35,903 bases of DNA from Sulfolobaceae archaeon. Its GTDB lineage: Archaea > Thermoproteota > Thermoprotei_A > Sulfolobales > Sulfolobaceae. The position numbers were made by a program, and so were the translations under genes. Location: contig JAWARQ010000007.1 in assembly GCA_038893355.1 (NCBI GenBank), forward strand, positions 1 through 35,903. Direction: 5' to 3'. The notes beneath the pieces are model-generated. The model had not been told where the DNA came from. It made no database searches and was given only the letters and a program-made list of their open reading frames with translations. Below are positions 9,710 to 22,099 of the stretch, piece by piece (position 1 is the first letter of the stretch; each line of letters begins with the position of its first letter).

Positions 9710-10516
9710 CTATATTCGCCTCTTAATTGTTTCATAGTCTTCGTCGGTTAATGACCAGCCTAATGAACCTAAGATTTCATTTATATGCTCTTTCTTTGAT
9801 GCTTTAGGTATTGGCAATGATCTTCTAATAAGGTAATTTAATGCAACTTGAATGGGGGTTTTACTATATTTCTTTCCAATTTCCTCTAGTATTTTTAAGT
9901 CCTTTACTCTTCCTTTTGCTAAAGGTGTATATGCTATTATTACTATGTTATTCTTTTCGCAGAATGGTATTACATCCCTTTCTGCGGTCTTATTTATTAC
10001 ATTATACTCTATCTCGTTAATCTTAATCTCGTATTTCCTTGTATAGTTCATTGCCTCCTTAATTAAGTTTACATCAAAGTTACTTACTCCAATACAGTTT
10101 ACAATTCCATCGTCAACTAATTGTTCCATGGCTCTTATTGATTTTTCTAAGGGTATCGAGGGATTTGGCCAGTGGATAAGTAAGGCGTCTATATATTTTG
10201 AATTTAATCTTTCTAGACTCTTTCTTGCAGATTTTTTTAGACTTTCAGGCTCTAGGTTTGTAGGCCATACTTTTGTTATGACAAATATCTCATCCCTATC
10301 AAAGTCCTTTATAGCCTTTCCTACTAATTCCTCAGTATGACCTCCTCCATACATTTCTGCAGTATCTATTACATTTATTCCCCTCTCAATTGCGTAGGTG
10401 ATAATTTCAATCACCTTGTCGTCTTGGGAATACTCTGGTTGCCAAAATCCTCCCCCCATCATCCATGTACCTAGTCCGATTGGAGATACTTTCTTTTCAC
10501 ACAGTTTACTTATCAT
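9710..10516 (-). CDS. Aldo/keto reductase
   Basis: GLGTW, IDTAEMYG, TKVW, IHWP, GVSNF, AYTPL, IPK. Confidence 0.95.
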   Translation of the reverse strand: MISKLCEKKVSPIGLGTWMMGGGFWQPEYSQDDKVIEIITYAIERGINVIDTAEMYGGGHTEELVGKAIKDFDRDEIFVITKVWPTNLEPESLKKSARKSLERLNSKYIDALLIHWPNPSIPLEKSIRAMEQLVDDGIVNCIGVSNFDVNLIKEAMNYTRKYEIKINEIEYNVINKTAERDVIPFCEKNNIVIIAYTPLAKGRVKDLKILEEIGKKYSKTPIQVALNYLIRRSLPIPKASKKEHINEILGSLGWSLTDEDYETIKRRI

Positions 10517-10530
10517 AATTTGATATTAGA

Positions 10531-11502
10531 ATGCCAGAGGTAATCAAAGTTAGTGCTCCAGGAAAGGTTTTATGGATAGGTAGTTATAGTGTAGTATTTG
10601 GGGGAATCTCTCATGTTATTGCAGTAAACAAGAGGGTTAGATGTGAAGTTGCTGAAAATAATGAATGGGTTATAGAAACTTCTTATGGTACATTTAAGGG
10701 CTATGGAAATGAACTAACCTCATCCGTAATAAATACTATGAAGAAATTTTTTGGGAGTATAGGACCGTATAGGGTTAAGTTATTTAATGATCCAGATTTT
10801 CAAGTTAATGGTAAGAAGACTGGTTTAGGGAGTTCTGCTGCAGCAACTGTTGCGCTAACTGCTGCATTATACTTTGCAGTAAGCAATAAGTTAGATCTGA
10901 TTCAAATACATAAAATAGCGCAGATTGCGAATTATAATAGGCAAAAGGGAATAGGAAGTGGTTTTGATATAGCAGCGGCAGTTTTCGGGAGTATAGTATA
11001 TAAAAGATTTACCGATATCGAAAAGATGGATTTTTATTATAAAAAATTAGAATTACCTCCAAATATTTCTATGATTTTAGGTTTCACTGGTAAAAGTTCA
11101 ATTACTATAGAACTGGTTAGAAAATTTATAGAAGCTTCATCTAATGAGAAATTTTTATACTATTTAAATTTAATAAATAAAGAAAACGAAATCGCTATAA
11201 ACCTTTTGGAATTAGGAAGAATAATTGATGCATGCGAACACGTAAGATTAGCCAGAAAGTATCTGGATAAATTAGCACAAAATATTGTTGGAGTAAAGAT
11301 TGTTAGTAGAGAGGAATTAGAATTAATAAATTTAGCAGAAAGAAATGGAGCGTATATTTCCCTCTCTCCAGGTGCAGGAGGGGGTGATTCTTTATTTGCA
11401 TTAGGGGATAATATTGATAGAGTTGTGGAGGAATGGTCTAAGAAGGGTTTAAAGATTATAAGGATTAGACAAGATTCTGGTGTTAGAATAGATGAAGGCT
11501 GA
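10531..11502 (+). CDS. Phosphomevalonate kinase (GHMP family)
   Basis: [30 protein letters not shown]; coupled to mvaD. Confidence 0.88.
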   Translation: MPEVIKVSAPGKVLWIGSYSVVFGGISHVIAVNKRVRCEVAENNEWVIETSYGTFKGYGNELTSSVINTMKKFFGSIGPYRVKLFNDPDFQVNGKKTGLGSSAAATVALTAALYFAVSNKLDLIQIHKIAQIANYNRQKGIGSGFDIAAAVFGSIVYKRFTDIEKMDFYYKKLELPPNISMILGFTGKSSITIELVRKFIEASSNEKFLYYLNLINKENEIAINLLELGRIIDACEHVRLARKYLDKLAQNIVGVKIVSREELELINLAERNGAYISLSPGAGGGDSLFALGDNIDRVVEEWSKKGLKIIRIRQDSGVRIDEG

Positions 11503-12475
11503 GGCTTCAGCTATAGCTTCTTCAAATATAGCAATAATAAAATATTGGGGTAAGAGGGATGATAAGTTAAACTTACCTCTTAATGACTCCTTGTCGATAA
11601 CATTAGATGATAATGTTAGCGTTAAGACAAAAGTAATTTTTTCTTCAGAATTTACTAGAGATGAGGTATATATCAATGGAAGGAAGTTACCAGATGAGGA
11701 AGTTGAGGAGTATGCTGGAAGAGTCCTAAGAATTTTTAGGAAAATTTCAGGCATAAATGTTTACGCTAAAGTTATTTCTTATTCTAACTTTCCAGAGGGT
11801 GTAGGAATAGCCTCTTCTGCTGCAGGGATAGCTGCACTAACATATGCAGCAAATGATGCTTTAAACCTTAACTTAAGTCCTAAGGAACTCTCGAAAATAG
11901 CTAGAATTGGCTCTGGTAGTGCTTGCAGAAGTATGTTCGGTGGTTTTGTAGTGTGGAAGAAGGGCGAAAGAGAGGACGGCGATGATTCATATTGTTACCA
12001 ATTGTTTCCTGAGACTCATTGGCCTGACCTCGTTGATGTTATAGTAATTGTTAGTGAAAAGAAAAAGCGCATATCTTCAAGGGCCGGTATGAAAAGGAGT
12101 ACTGAAACTTCAGAGTTGTTAAAATGTAGGTTAAAGTTTATTGAAAATAGTATTAATGATGTAATCAATTCTATAGCTAGAAGAGATGAAGAAAAATTCT
12201 TCTATTGGGTTATGAGGCATAGTAATAATATGCATGCAATTATACTTGATTCTTGGCCTAGCTTCTTTTATCTTAATGAAACTTCTCTTGAAATAATAAA
12301 TTGGATACAAGAATTTGGTAGGGCAGCTTATACTTTTGATGCTGGTCCAAACCCTCATATTCTTGTTACTCAGAAGAACTTAAGTGAAGTTTTATCATAT
12401 CTAGATGGCAAGGGATTAAAATATATTATTTCGAAACCAGGAAAGGGGCCAAGAATAATTAGCAATTTTGAATAA
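11492..12475 (+). CDS. mvaD: Diphosphomevalonate decarboxylase
   Basis: [36 protein letters not shown]. Confidence 0.95.
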   Translation: MKAEASAIASSNIAIIKYWGKRDDKLNLPLNDSLSITLDDNVSVKTKVIFSSEFTRDEVYINGRKLPDEEVEEYAGRVLRIFRKISGINVYAKVISYSNFPEGVGIASSAAGIAALTYAANDALNLNLSPKELSKIARIGSGSACRSMFGGFVVWKKGEREDGDDSYCYQLFPETHWPDLVDVIVIVSEKKKRISSRAGMKRSTETSELLKCRLKFIENSINDVINSIARRDEEKFFYWVMRHSNNMHAIILDSWPSFFYLNETSLEIINWIQEFGRAAYTFDAGPNPHILVTQKNLSEVLSYLDGKGLKYIISKPGKGPRIISNFE

Positions 12476-13688
12476 GTTTCTTGTACTTCTCTATTTTATC
12501 CTCCAATGACTCATGATAGACAATAATTCCCTTCTTTATTAATTTTAATGAATTTACTAAAGTTGATAAGCTACTCAGATTAACAATTTTTCCTCTATGA
12601 AGGATATATACTGCAGAATTCTCATCTTCAGAATATGGTGCATCTTGAAATTCATGATATATAAATAATCCTTCATTTTCCCTTACTGTCTCAATGATCT
12701 CTTTAATATCCAGTATCTTAAGGCATTCTATCGTTATATCTTGTTTTATCCTTTTGAACCCCCTTCTATATAGTATTGCATTCTTAAATTCTTCTCTTAT
12801 TTTATCTAGTTTATTTAATATTTTAATATCTGTCATTTTAATAAAATCTTTTTCGCTTTCTGGGATTGATATTTCGCCTTTCTTTAATAAGTGAGCTATT
12901 GCATGAGCTAATATTGCATTATACATACCTACTACACTATGGAAATAGACATTCCTAAACATATACATCCTTGCGATAAGAAATTGTTCTACTATGGGTA
13001 ATCCTTTATAGTCGATTACTAGATTATTATCAACGAATACAAGGGTACGTTTAAGTCTTTCTATGTCAAACCAACCATAGTCCACACCAGCATAATAGGA
13101 GTCTCTAAGTAAATAGTCTGATCTATCTGCATCTATAAAATTCGAAATTATTAGTTTAGCTAATCTTTCCTCTACGGTTTTCGGGTCTGAAAATGCTCTT
13201 ATGAGGAATTTTATAGGATCTGAAATGTTAGTCCCCTTACTTACTCTTTCTAAAACTTTTGATAAGTATTCTGATATTATTTTTAAACCTAAAACCTCGT
13301 GAGTCTTCTTATTATAGTCAATAACATCTAAGTCATAAATTATCCTAGCTATACTTAATGCGTTCTCAAAGGTGTGAGAAAACGGTAGATGGCCTATATC
13401 ATGTAAAAGCCCTAAGATAGCTATAAGTTCCTCATATTCTTGAGTAGCAAAATCTATTTTTTCTTCAGCGTTATTTTTAATGAACTTGATAAAGTCTTTG
13501 GCTAAATGATATACTCCTAAGCTATGTTCAAATCTTGAATGTCTCATACCAGGGTAAACCATGTATGACAAGCCTGTCTGCGTAATGTACCTTAACCTCT
13601 GAAATATTGGAGTTGAAATAATTGAATATGCTGCTTCTGAAACTTCTATAAAACCATGAATTGGATCTCTTATTATTTTCACTTTCAT
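12459..13688 (-). CDS. HD-domain phosphohydrolase (SAMHD1/dGTPase-like)
   Basis: [42 protein letters not shown]; start moved to the ATG of MKVKII. Confidence 0.9.
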   Translation of the reverse strand: MKVKIIRDPIHGFIEVSEAAYSIISTPIFQRLRYITQTGLSYMVYPGMRHSRFEHSLGVYHLAKDFIKFIKNNAEEKIDFATQEYEELIAILGLLHDIGHLPFSHTFENALSIARIIYDLDVIDYNKKTHEVLGLKIISEYLSKVLERVSKGTNISDPIKFLIRAFSDPKTVEERLAKLIISNFIDADRSDYLLRDSYYAGVDYGWFDIERLKRTLVFVDNNLVIDYKGLPIVEQFLIARMYMFRNVYFHSVVGMYNAILAHAIAHLLKKGEISIPESEKDFIKMTDIKILNKLDKIREEFKNAILYRRGFKRIKQDITIECLKILDIKEIIETVRENEGLFIYHEFQDAPYSEDENSAVYILHRGKIVNLSSLSTLVNSLKLIKKGIIVYHESLEDKIEKYKKLIQNC

Positions 13689-13784
13689 TAGATCGAAATC
13701 CGATAATATAGATAAAAATTTTAAACTATCTTTCAATAAGTTTTAAAAAGAGTAGTGTAAAATTGTATATGGTGAAAAATTTAC

Positions 13785-13988
13785 ATGATGAAGGAAAGAG
13801 AGGTTGAAGCTAAGAAGCTTGTAGGTAAGAAAAATGTTAAAGGGAAATCTTACGAGTATCAGTACTATACGTTGCCATTAAATTTATACCTACCGAAATC
13901 TGTAGTTGAAAAATTTGGGACTAAGTTTATTTTGCAAATCGATGAGGATAATGGTACAATAATAATAAAACCTAAATCCAGTAAATGA
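13785..13988 (+). CDS. Small basic protein, possibly AbrB-like DNA-binding
   Basis: GGTGA SD upstream; LYLPKSVVEKFG...GTIIIKP. Confidence 0.6.
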   Translation: MMKEREVEAKKLVGKKNVKGKSYEYQYYTLPLNLYLPKSVVEKFGTKFILQIDEDNGTIIIKPKSSK

Positions 13989-14030
13989 TAACGAATAGAC
14001 TTAATATAACGAATTAGTTGTTGTAAATCA

Positions 14031-15116
14031 ATGAGAAAGGCAATATTGTTTTTATTTATAATTACAATAAATCTTCTTTCTTTCTTTAATTTATTTAATT
14101 CACAGCCAACTTTTCCTTTATTTTATTTAGGAGATACATTTACATATATAATCAAAATGAAATATAATTTTACTACTGCAGAATTATATGTAACGTTCTT
14201 TTGGAATAACATTACGTTTAAGGTAACTGGAACTATCAATTATATTATAAATTATTCAAATAATATAAGATATAGTAATTATACTATCAATTATAATTCT
14301 GATGACATATTTACTGGTTTATATAAGATAATGCAAGGATCTCTTTTAGGTCCTAGCGATTTACTTCCCAATTTTAACTCTTATCAGATAGTATCCTATA
14401 AGCTTGGAAATATCGAAATACCTGCAATAAAATTTACAGACAGTCAAGGTAATTTTTTAATGCTAGATCTTAAATACGGCGTTCCGCTTTCAGGGTATTA
14501 TAAGGGTTCAGTATATTATTATAATTTTACTTTATCTTATACAAATACAATTTTTCCAAGTAATTTTACTTTATATTATATAGACTTAATTGGACGTAAT
14601 TTTACTTATAATTTAAGTATAATCACATCTAAGTTAATGAATATAGAGTTAGGTAACTTTACTCAGAATTACGGTAATATTTCCTCGATTTCTAATTTTT
14701 TACAAATATCTACAAATAATTTTACATTATTGATATTCCCCAGTGATTCGTTATATAAAATAGTTTTAAACGGGTATACTTCAGGGGTGCTAAAGATAGT
14801 ATATCGTAGTTACAACGATGAAAGGGAAAAATCGTATTATTTAATAGTTGACACTACATCAGAGAGAATTCTATTATTAAATAAATCCCTTCCATTTTAT
14901 CCTATCCTTCTAAAAAATCTATTCTTGGAATATTTTCCGCAAGGTGGAAATATAACGTTATATTTTGGGAATTATAAGTATATTATATCTAAAATAAATA
15001 TAACTGAAAAAAATCAACAAAATAATACCTTTATAAACTGGTACATTTACATAATAATACCAGTAGTAATAATTATCATAATTCTTCTGGCGTATAGATT
15101 ATTAAAGAGAAGATAA
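14031..15116 (+). CDS. Secreted membrane-anchored (glyco)protein
   Basis: Signal peptide, many N-x-S/T sequons, C-terminal TM plus basic tail. Confidence 0.75.
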   Translation: MRKAILFLFIITINLLSFFNLFNSQPTFPLFYLGDTFTYIIKMKYNFTTAELYVTFFWNNITFKVTGTINYIINYSNNIRYSNYTINYNSDDIFTGLYKIMQGSLLGPSDLLPNFNSYQIVSYKLGNIEIPAIKFTDSQGNFLMLDLKYGVPLSGYYKGSVYYYNFTLSYTNTIFPSNFTLYYIDLIGRNFTYNLSIITSKLMNIELGNFTQNYGNISSISNFLQISTNNFTLLIFPSDSLYKIVLNGYTSGVLKIVYRSYNDEREKSYYLIVDTTSERILLLNKSLPFYPILLKNLFLEYFPQGGNITLYFGNYKYIISKINITEKNQQNNTFINWYIYIIIPVVIIIIILLAYRLLKRR

Positions 15117-15956
15117 CAGATCCTTTATTTCATAAGGTGTTTTTGCTACCGGTATTCCCGCTTCTCTTAACGCTTTAACTTTTCCTTCGAAAGTCCCTAT
15201 ACCACCATATACTATAGCGCCTGCATGGCCCATTCTTTTCTCTTTAGGTGCCGTCATTCCTGCAATATAAGCTACAATCTTTTTCTTAATTAACCCCTCT
15301 CTTTTCATCTTAGCTACTTGCTCCTCCATAGTTCCTCCTATTTCCCCTATTATTACAATATACTCTGTCTCTGGATCTTCTTCAAACATTTTAACAGCTT
15401 CATGCATTTTCAAGCCTATTATTGGGTCTCCACCTATACCTATCACGGTAGATTGTCCAAATTTCCTTAAAGATTCTGAAACTTCATAAGTTAACGTACC
15501 AGATCTTGAAACAATTCCTACTTTTCCCTTAGTAAAAGCCCTTGGCGGTAATATTCCAACTAGAGACTCACCAGGATTTATTATTCCGGGGCAGTTTGGT
15601 CCTATTATTATACTCCCCTTTAACCTAGCATACTTTACAAATTTTGCAGTTTCGAGTACTGGTATATGCTCTGTTATCACTACAATTAATTTTATTCCAG
15701 CATCAATTGCTTCATAAACCGCATCTGGTGCAAATCTTGCAGGAACGAATATTATACTTGCATCTGCTTCTTTCTCCTTTAAAGCGTCCTTTACAGTATC
15801 ATAAACTGGTATTCCATGTACCTCTGTACCACCTTTCCCTGGTGTTACTCCAGCTACAATTTTAGTACCATAATCTAGCATTCTCTTAGCATGAAAACTA
15901 CCTTCTCTTCCAGTTATACCTTGCACGATTACTTTAGTATTTTTATTTATGAGCGT
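15102..15956 (-). CDS. sucD: Succinyl-CoA synthetase alpha subunit
   Basis: QGITG, GPNCPG, SRSGTL, MGHAGA; start extended to a putative ACG (see findings). Confidence 0.95.
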   Translation of the reverse strand, partial: TLINKNTKVIVQGITGREGSFHAKRMLDYGTKIVAGVTPGKGGTEVHGIPVYDTVKDALKEKEADASIIFVPARFAPDAVYEAIDAGIKLIVVITEHIPVLETAKFVKYARLKGSIIIGPNCPGIINPGESLVGILPPRAFTKGKVGIVSRSGTLTYEVSESLRKFGQSTVIGIGGDPIIGLKMHEAVKMFEEDPETEYIVIIGEIGGTMEEQVAKMKREGLIKKKIVAYIAGMTAPKEKRMGHAGAIVYGGIGTFEGKVKALREAGIPVAKTPYEIKDLLSSL

Positions 15957-16966
15957 AATGCATCACCTATACAAGTTATTATATCTTGGTATACTGGTAT
16001 TCCATTCTCTTTAAGAATTCTCCATCCTTCTTCTTCGTTAGTCCCAACTAGTCTTATGAAAATCGGTTTCTTTACAACTTTCATTGCTTCTACTACTCCA
16101 ATTGCAACTTCATCACATCTTGTTATACCACCGAATATGTTTATTACAATCTTCTTTACTCTTGGAAGAGAACCAACTTTAATTATAGCTTCCTTTACCT
16201 TTTCCCTACTAGCTCCGCCTCCTACATCGTAAAAATCTGCAGGATTTCCACCCATTAACTTTACCATGTCCATTGTAGCCATAGTTAGTCCAGCACCATT
16301 TCCTATTATTCCAATGTCACCTTCAAGCTCAACTAATCCGCTCTCTTCCTTGCTACTTACCCTGCCTAATTCCCTTAATAGATCTTCATGCAAGTAGAGG
16401 GAATTATCATCTAGTATTACTTTTGAATCTAATGCTATTAGGCTTCCATCTGTAGCTTCTACAAGAGGATTAATTTCTGCTAATTCTGCATGATATTCCG
16501 TTACTAACCTATATAAGCCCTTAACTATACTTTCCATTCCTCTTACTTCGAGATACTTTTCTATTTGTAATACATCATATGATCTTACACCCCTCTCTAA
16601 GGGTATAATAAACTTCCTTACGTCTGTTGCGCTCTCTACATCAACTCCTCCCTCTTTAGATACCAAAATCATTGGATCGCCTGTATCTCTATCTAAGAAA
16701 CATGAAATATAAAATTCTCTATTATGTGGTACGAATTCTTCCACTAAGAATTTTTCTATTCCAATTTTTTTCATTTCTACTATAGTATCGTAAACATTTT
16801 CAGTTATTCTCACTAGACCTCTCTTACCCCTCCCACCCTCTAATAGTTGTGCCTTAACTACTGCCTTTCCTTCCCATTTTATAGGTTCTGTGGTAAATAT
16901 TCCCTTAGGTACTCTAATTCCCACTTTCTTAAAAAGTAGTTTTCCCTCGTATTCGTATAACTTCAT
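15947..16966 (-). CDS. sucC: Succinyl-CoA synthetase beta subunit
   Basis: [41 protein letters not shown]. Confidence 0.95.
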   Translation of the reverse strand: MKLYEYEGKLLFKKVGIRVPKGIFTTEPIKWEGKAVVKAQLLEGGRGKRGLVRITENVYDTIVEMKKIGIEKFLVEEFVPHNREFYISCFLDRDTGDPMILVSKEGGVDVESATDVRKFIIPLERGVRSYDVLQIEKYLEVRGMESIVKGLYRLVTEYHAELAEINPLVEATDGSLIALDSKVILDDNSLYLHEDLLRELGRVSSKEESGLVELEGDIGIIGNGAGLTMATMDMVKLMGGNPADFYDVGGGASREKVKEAIIKVGSLPRVKKIVINIFGGITRCDEVAIGVVEAMKVVKKPIFIRLVGTNEEEGWRILKENGIPVYQDIITCIGDALRS

Positions 16967-17647
16967 TTAAACTCGCCTATTAAAGTAATAACATAAGTCT
17001 TTAAATATACATGCTTTACAATCAGGATTTAAAACTTTGCAAAAACTTCTTCCTACACTAACTATTCCAGCATGGAGAAGTTTGTAATAATATAAATTAT
17101 CATTAAGAACTTGTAAAATTAAATTCTTATTAGGTGGTTTTATAAAGATTCTTGAAAAAATTCTCTTTAGATAATTAGAAATAGGAAATACTTTCTGATT
17201 CCCTGCAAATAGAAGTATACTATCTGCAGTCTCTTCTCCAATTCCTTTAATCCCTAATAAAGTATTTCTGTTAGAAATTGTTAATAATTTATCTAAACTA
17301 TTATATATACTAACCAAATTAGAAAATTCTTTTATCGTATATATTTTTCTTTTGGGGAAACTCACTCCGCGAATCGCTTCAAGAAGGGTCATTTCATCAA
17401 TGTTCTTTAGTTCTTGAATATTTTTAACAATTTTAAATATTTTTTCAGTAGCACTCTTTGCTACTTCCCATCTTGTCTGCTGTACTAATATAGCTGATAT
17501 TACTATCTTTTCCGCAGAATCTAAACCATCCCACCATTCATACGCTTCTGCTCTGGTTACCCTCCAGTGATTTTTGTATAGTAATTCATGATTATTATCA
17601 ATAATTCTAATTATTTCATACAATTTACTCAAGTCGTCATTCTTCAT
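16967..17647 (-). CDS. HhH-GPD endonuclease III-like DNA glycosylase with 4Fe-4S motif
   Basis: AILVQQTRW, IKGIGEETADSIL, C-x6-C-x2-C-x5-C. Confidence 0.85.
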   Translation of the reverse strand: MKNDDLSKLYEIIRIIDNNHELLYKNHWRVTRAEAYEWWDGLDSAEKIVISAILVQQTRWEVAKSATEKIFKIVKNIQELKNIDEMTLLEAIRGVSFPKRKIYTIKEFSNLVSIYNSLDKLLTISNRNTLLGIKGIGEETADSILLFAGNQKVFPISNYLKRIFSRIFIKPPNKNLILQVLNDNLYYYKLLHAGIVSVGRSFCKVLNPDCKACIFKDLCYYFNRRV

Positions 17648-18483
17648 AATTTCTCGATATCTAAAGAAACATCAATAGATTTAACTGAATGTGTTATATA
17701 TCCAGAAGATATAATATCAACGCCAGTTTTTGCATACTCCTCAACATTTTCTGGAGTTATTCTTCCAGAAGCTTCTAATAAGACCTTTCCCTTAAGGTGT
17801 TTTACAACCTCTTCTATTTCTTGTGGCTTCATATTATCAAGCAATAGTATATCAGCGCCTGCTTTATAAGCTCTTAAAGCATCCTCAAGATTACTAACCT
17901 CTACTTCTATCTTTTTAGTAAAAGATACCTTTTTCCTTATCCTCTCAATTGCTTTTTCTATATCTCCAATTATCGATATATGGTTATCCTTTATAAGAAT
18001 CATATCGTATAAGTTGTATCTATGTGTATCACCACCCCCGACTTCTACTGCATATTTCTCAAATAGTCTAAAACCTGGTGTGGTTTTTCTAGTAGCAGCT
18101 ATTACTACTTTAGGATTAACTTTTTTCGCTCTATCTACCATATTTCTAGTTATAGTTGCTATTCCAGACAATCTCGAAATTAGATTTAATATTACTCTTT
18201 CAGAGGATAATATTTCATAAGCATTTCCCTCATAACTTAAAACAACTTCCCCTTTCTCTATCTTCTCACCATCTTTTTTCTGACTTATAATTTTTAATCC
18301 CAATTCTTTTAGAATTATATTTACGAATTTTAATCCAGCAACTACTCCATTTTCCTTAAAAATTATCTTTGCCCTGCTCTTTATCTCCTCATTTTCGAAT
18401 AATAATCTGCTAGTGAGATCTTCTGGATAAATATCTTCCTCTAAATACTCTAATAATTTCCTTTTTACTATCGCTTCTAGCAT
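17644..18483 (-). CDS. nadC: Nicotinate-nucleotide pyrophosphorylase
   Basis: ATRKTTPG, HRYNL, IKDNH, EVEV, LLDN, EASG. Confidence 0.95.
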   Translation of the reverse strand: MLEAIVKRKLLEYLEEDIYPEDLTSRLLFENEEIKSRAKIIFKENGVVAGLKFVNIILKELGLKIISQKKDGEKIEKGEVVLSYEGNAYEILSSERVILNLISRLSGIATITRNMVDRAKKVNPKVVIAATRKTTPGFRLFEKYAVEVGGGDTHRYNLYDMILIKDNHISIIGDIEKAIERIRKKVSFTKKIEVEVSNLEDALRAYKAGADILLLDNMKPQEIEEVVKHLKGKVLLEASGRITPENVEEYAKTGVDIISSGYITHSVKSIDVSLDIEKL

Positions 18484-18569
18484 AAGTTAACTTATTCTAG
18501 ATCTAATTAAAGACCTTATATAATCTTCCTCTACATAAAGACTTTTTTTAACATTTTATTTTTATTTAT

Positions 18570-19445
18570 TTATAGGAAATATCTCGAAAAGTCCTCGGGT
18601 ATGAATACTTTATTAAATATCCTTCTAGCTTCTGCTAATAGTTCATACGTATCAGTATATCTAGCACTAATATGAATTAATCCCAACCTCTTTACCTCTG
18701 CCCTTAAAGCTACTTCTGCTGCATGTTCAGAAGTTGAATGACCGTATTCTTCAGCATCTTTTACAGATGATGAAAAAGTAGAATCATGTAGTAATAAGTC
18801 CACTCCCTTAACTTCTTTTATTACTTTCTCACAATATCTAGTGTCACCAGTGTATCCAATCTTAATTCCATTTACTTTTATTAAATAATCATCTGGTCTT
18901 AATACTCTCTCTCCAATCTTTACTTCCTTACCCTCCTTTATACTCCTTATTATTCTCCAATCTTTAATTCCCTCACTCCTTAATTTTTCTGCGTCTACTT
19001 TATACCTATCTTTTTCAATTATTAAGAATCCGTAGGATTCTATGACATGACAAGTCGGAAATTTTTTTATTTCGATATTTTCATTACGAAATTCTTCAGT
19101 AAATATTATTTTAAAATTAGGAGTAAATTTAGTTGATTCATTTATCACTTCTATAAACTCCCCTAATTTTTTTGGCCCCATTATGTATAATGGCTTAGTC
19201 CTACCTAACATGCTCATGGTTTGTATAAGACCTGGTAAGCCTAATACATGATCTGCATGGAGGTGGCTTATTCCTATAATATCAATTGAAGAAACGCCCA
19301 ATCCATACTTACTTATTCTCTCTTGTGTTCCCTCACCACAATCAAGTAGGATACTTAGATTCATATATTTAAATAAATAAGCGGGAAGTCCCCTACGTTT
19401 TGATGGTACTCCACCGCCTGTGCCTAAAAAGTAGATTTCAAACAT
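18570..19445 (-). CDS. rnz: Ribonuclease Z
   Basis: LGTGG, DCGEG, HLHADH, YTGDT, GHST, HISARY. Confidence 0.95.
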   Translation of the reverse strand: MFEIYFLGTGGGVPSKRRGLPAYLFKYMNLSILLDCGEGTQERISKYGLGVSSIDIIGISHLHADHVLGLPGLIQTMSMLGRTKPLYIMGPKKLGEFIEVINESTKFTPNFKIIFTEEFRNENIEIKKFPTCHVIESYGFLIIEKDRYKVDAEKLRSEGIKDWRIIRSIKEGKEVKIGERVLRPDDYLIKVNGIKIGYTGDTRYCEKVIKEVKGVDLLLHDSTFSSSVKDAEEYGHSTSEHAAEVALRAEVKRLGLIHISARYTDTYELLAEARRIFNKVFIPEDFSRYFL

Positions 19446-20384
19446 TTACTTCTTCACCACATATATTGCTCTTGTAAGACTTTTATGAGAGTATAAATAA
19501 TGTATCTTTATTTCTCTAAATCCTACACTTTTAAGTATATCCCTCCAATCCATATCATGAGAAGTTGAAAATACCAGATAACATTCTTTACATAGTATAT
19601 TATTAGCTTCACTAAAGAATTTTTCATATAATTCTCTTAAATTTGCTCCTTTTGATGCTGATGATCTACCATATGGTGGATCCGTTGCTATTGCATCAAC
19701 ACTTCGTATTCCTAAGTTTAATGCAGAGGATTGTAATAATTCACAGTTGTAACCAAAATAATTTAAATTAAGTTTACTTTTATTTATCATTTCAGCGCTT
19801 ATGTCACTTCCTATACAGTTATATCCTAACCATGAAGCCTCTATTAGTAGCGAACCAGTACCACAAAACGGGTCTAATACCAATTTTCTTGGTCTTGAAA
19901 TATTAACTAGGAGTCTTGCAGTAGAAGAATCCATAGTCCCAGACTGCTTAAAAGGTCTTTTAGAATGTCTTTCGAGACTTTTTGAATCACGTTTTTCTAT
20001 TACTAGACCCGCTATGATTGTACCATCTGTAAAGATTAGATCTAATTCTCTACATTTTTTAGATAATTTTATTCCTTTCGTAATCTCTTCATAATTTTCT
20101 TTCAGCTTTTCTTTTCCAAACCCTCTTATAGAATCGACATTTATCGTATAACATTCTCCTCTAATCTCTTCATTAATTTCTTTAGGGTCATTAGATATTT
20201 TTATTACTCTTCCTGCCCTCTTTATAGTTGAAGATCTTAAACTAACGCCGTCCTTCCATTTCTCAAATATCGCAACACCCGTAAAATAAGATATTTTCTC
20301 CTCATAATTTAATAATGCCTTAAGTTCTTCTAAAGATAAATAGAAGGAATCGAGTTTTAATACTGCATAGTAATAAGTATTCAT
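19446..20384 (-). CDS. Trm11/TrmG10-like tRNA guanine N2-methyltransferase
   Basis: LDPFCGTGS and TDPPYG. Confidence 0.85.
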   Translation of the reverse strand: MNTYYYAVLKLDSFYLSLEELKALLNYEEKISYFTGVAIFEKWKDGVSLRSSTIKRAGRVIKISNDPKEINEEIRGECYTINVDSIRGFGKEKLKENYEEITKGIKLSKKCRELDLIFTDGTIIAGLVIEKRDSKSLERHSKRPFKQSGTMDSSTARLLVNISRPRKLVLDPFCGTGSLLIEASWLGYNCIGSDISAEMINKSKLNLNYFGYNCELLQSSALNLGIRSVDAIATDPPYGRSSASKGANLRELYEKFFSEANNILCKECYLVFSTSHDMDWRDILKSVGFREIKIHYLYSHKSLTRAIYVVKK

Positions 20385-21253
20385 AGCTTTTCTGCTATTA
20401 GGCTTGAAATATCAACTGTTATTACATCTTTATATGTAGGTACAGAGTTTGTAGTTATTAGCATATCTACTCCGGCACTCTTTAACTTAGTATAAGAATC
20501 TCCTACTAATAATGCATGGGCTGCTACTACAATTATCCTTTTAACGTTAAATTTTCTAACCACATTTACTGCCTCTAATACCGTTCCCCCAGTGCTTATT
20601 ATATCATCTATAATTATTACCTCCTTATCATTTAAATCCATTTGAGGAATATTTCTAATTTCTACCTTCCCTGTTTCCCTATCCCTAAATTTTTCCAAAT
20701 AATTATACTCAGCATTTAGTCTCTCTGCTAGTCTCCTAGCCCTATCTAAAGCACCCCTATCTGGAGCTAATATGAAAGGACTCTTAACGATTCCTTTTAA
20801 GTAATTTGCAATTGCAGGTGTAGGGTCTATAATAATTACATCACCATGAAAGTAGTTTAATGCATCAGCCCTATGAGGTTCAACAACAACTAAAGTATCA
20901 GCTCCGGTGTGAGAAAGCGTGCTTAGTATTGTCTTTATACTTAAAGCTTCCCCCTCTTTAAATCTTCTATCTTGACGTGCATAGGCTAAATATGGCACTA
21001 TAGCTATTATTTTAGCTGCATTCATATTTTTAACAGCTTCAATCATTAAAAGTAATTCTATTAAGTGTTTATCTTGTGGGGGATATGTTGATTGTACTAT
21101 TGCCACTTCTTTATTACTAACGTTATAAGGTACCCTTATATAAGACTCACCATCTGGGAATAATTTATGCTCAACTTTTATGTGTTCAGCATTAAGTAAT
21201 TTTGCTAAATTTTCATCTATGCCATTTGAAGCTGGACCTCCAACTATTATCAT
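20381..21253 (-). CDS. prs: Ribose-phosphate pyrophosphokinase
   Basis: FPDGE, PYLAYARQDR, APDRGA, DDIISTGGT. Confidence 0.95.
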   Translation of the reverse strand: MIIVGGPASNGIDENLAKLLNAEHIKVEHKLFPDGESYIRVPYNVSNKEVAIVQSTYPPQDKHLIELLLMIEAVKNMNAAKIIAIVPYLAYARQDRRFKEGEALSIKTILSTLSHTGADTLVVVEPHRADALNYFHGDVIIIDPTPAIANYLKGIVKSPFILAPDRGALDRARRLAERLNAEYNYLEKFRDRETGKVEIRNIPQMDLNDKEVIIIDDIISTGGTVLEAVNVVRKFNVKRIIVVAAHALLVGDSYTKLKSAGVDMLITTNSVPTYKDVITVDISSLIAEKL

Positions 21254-21334
21254 TTGATATTACCTTATTCGTATTAATTTAAAGCTAATTAGCGATATTA
21301 ACTTGTATTCAAAATATGAGAGGGTAAGTGAAAG

Positions 21335-22099
21335 ATGTACTTTATTTATGTTATAGGAACTGCGGGATCTGGGAAGACAAGTTTAGCTAAATCACTTCAA
21401 GAATATTTATATGATCAAGAGCTAAGTGCTGAAATAATAAATTTAGATCCAGCAGTAGAAACTTTGCCCTATAGACCAGCGTTCGATATTAGAGAATATG
21501 TTGACGCATATGAGGTTATGAACAAATATGGACTAGGACCAAATTCTTCTCTAGTAGTTTCAATTGATCTTGCGTTAGCTAAAGCTGTTGAAATAAAAGA
21601 AGAGATTAGCAAAATAGAGGCCAATTATATAATAGTTGATACTCCAGGACAAATTGAGCTTTTTGCATATAGAGATTCTGGAAGGCTTTTATCATCATTA
21701 ATTTCTGGTAATAATAAATCTATAACACTTTTCTTAATCGATTCATTTCTAGCAAAAGAACCTATGAGTTTTGTTTCATTATTATTATTATCGAGTTCTG
21801 TAAAGTTTCGCTTTTTACTCCCACAGTTAAACGTAATATCAAAATCAGATTTACTTACAGATAAAGAGAAAGAAAGAATAGAAAAGTGGAGTTATGGTGA
21901 AGAGATTATAGATTATCTTAGTAAGTATGATGAATATTCTTATGAGTTATATACTACGTTAATTGAAAGTTTGGAATTTGAACCAATCTTTGTATCATCT
22001 GTAACTTTAGAGGGATTTAATGAGTTATTTGCAGAATTACAAAGAGTGTTAGCGGGCGGTGAAGATTATTATACTGAAGAACCTAATCCAAAACTTTAA
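21335..22099 (+). CDS. GPN-loop GTPase
   Basis: GTAGSGKT, NLDP, LGPN, DTPGQIE, SKSD. Confidence 0.92.
   Translation: MYFIYVIGTAGSGKTSLAKSLQEYLYDQELSAEIINLDPAVETLPYRPAFDIREYVDAYEVMNKYGLGPNSSLVVSIDLALAKAVEIKEEISKIEANYIIVDTPGQIELFAYRDSGRLLSSLISGNNKSITLFLIDSFLAKEPMSFVSLLLLSSSVKFRFLLPQLNVISKSDLLTDKEKERIEKWSYGEEIIDYLSKYDEYSYELYTTLIESLEFEPIFVSSVTLEGFNELFAELQRVLAGGEDYYTEEPNPKL

Noticed and set aside
10531-12475. Eukaryote-like mevalonate enzymes in an archaeon
   Set aside because: This is already established for Sulfolobales and is useful only as a taxonomic marker.
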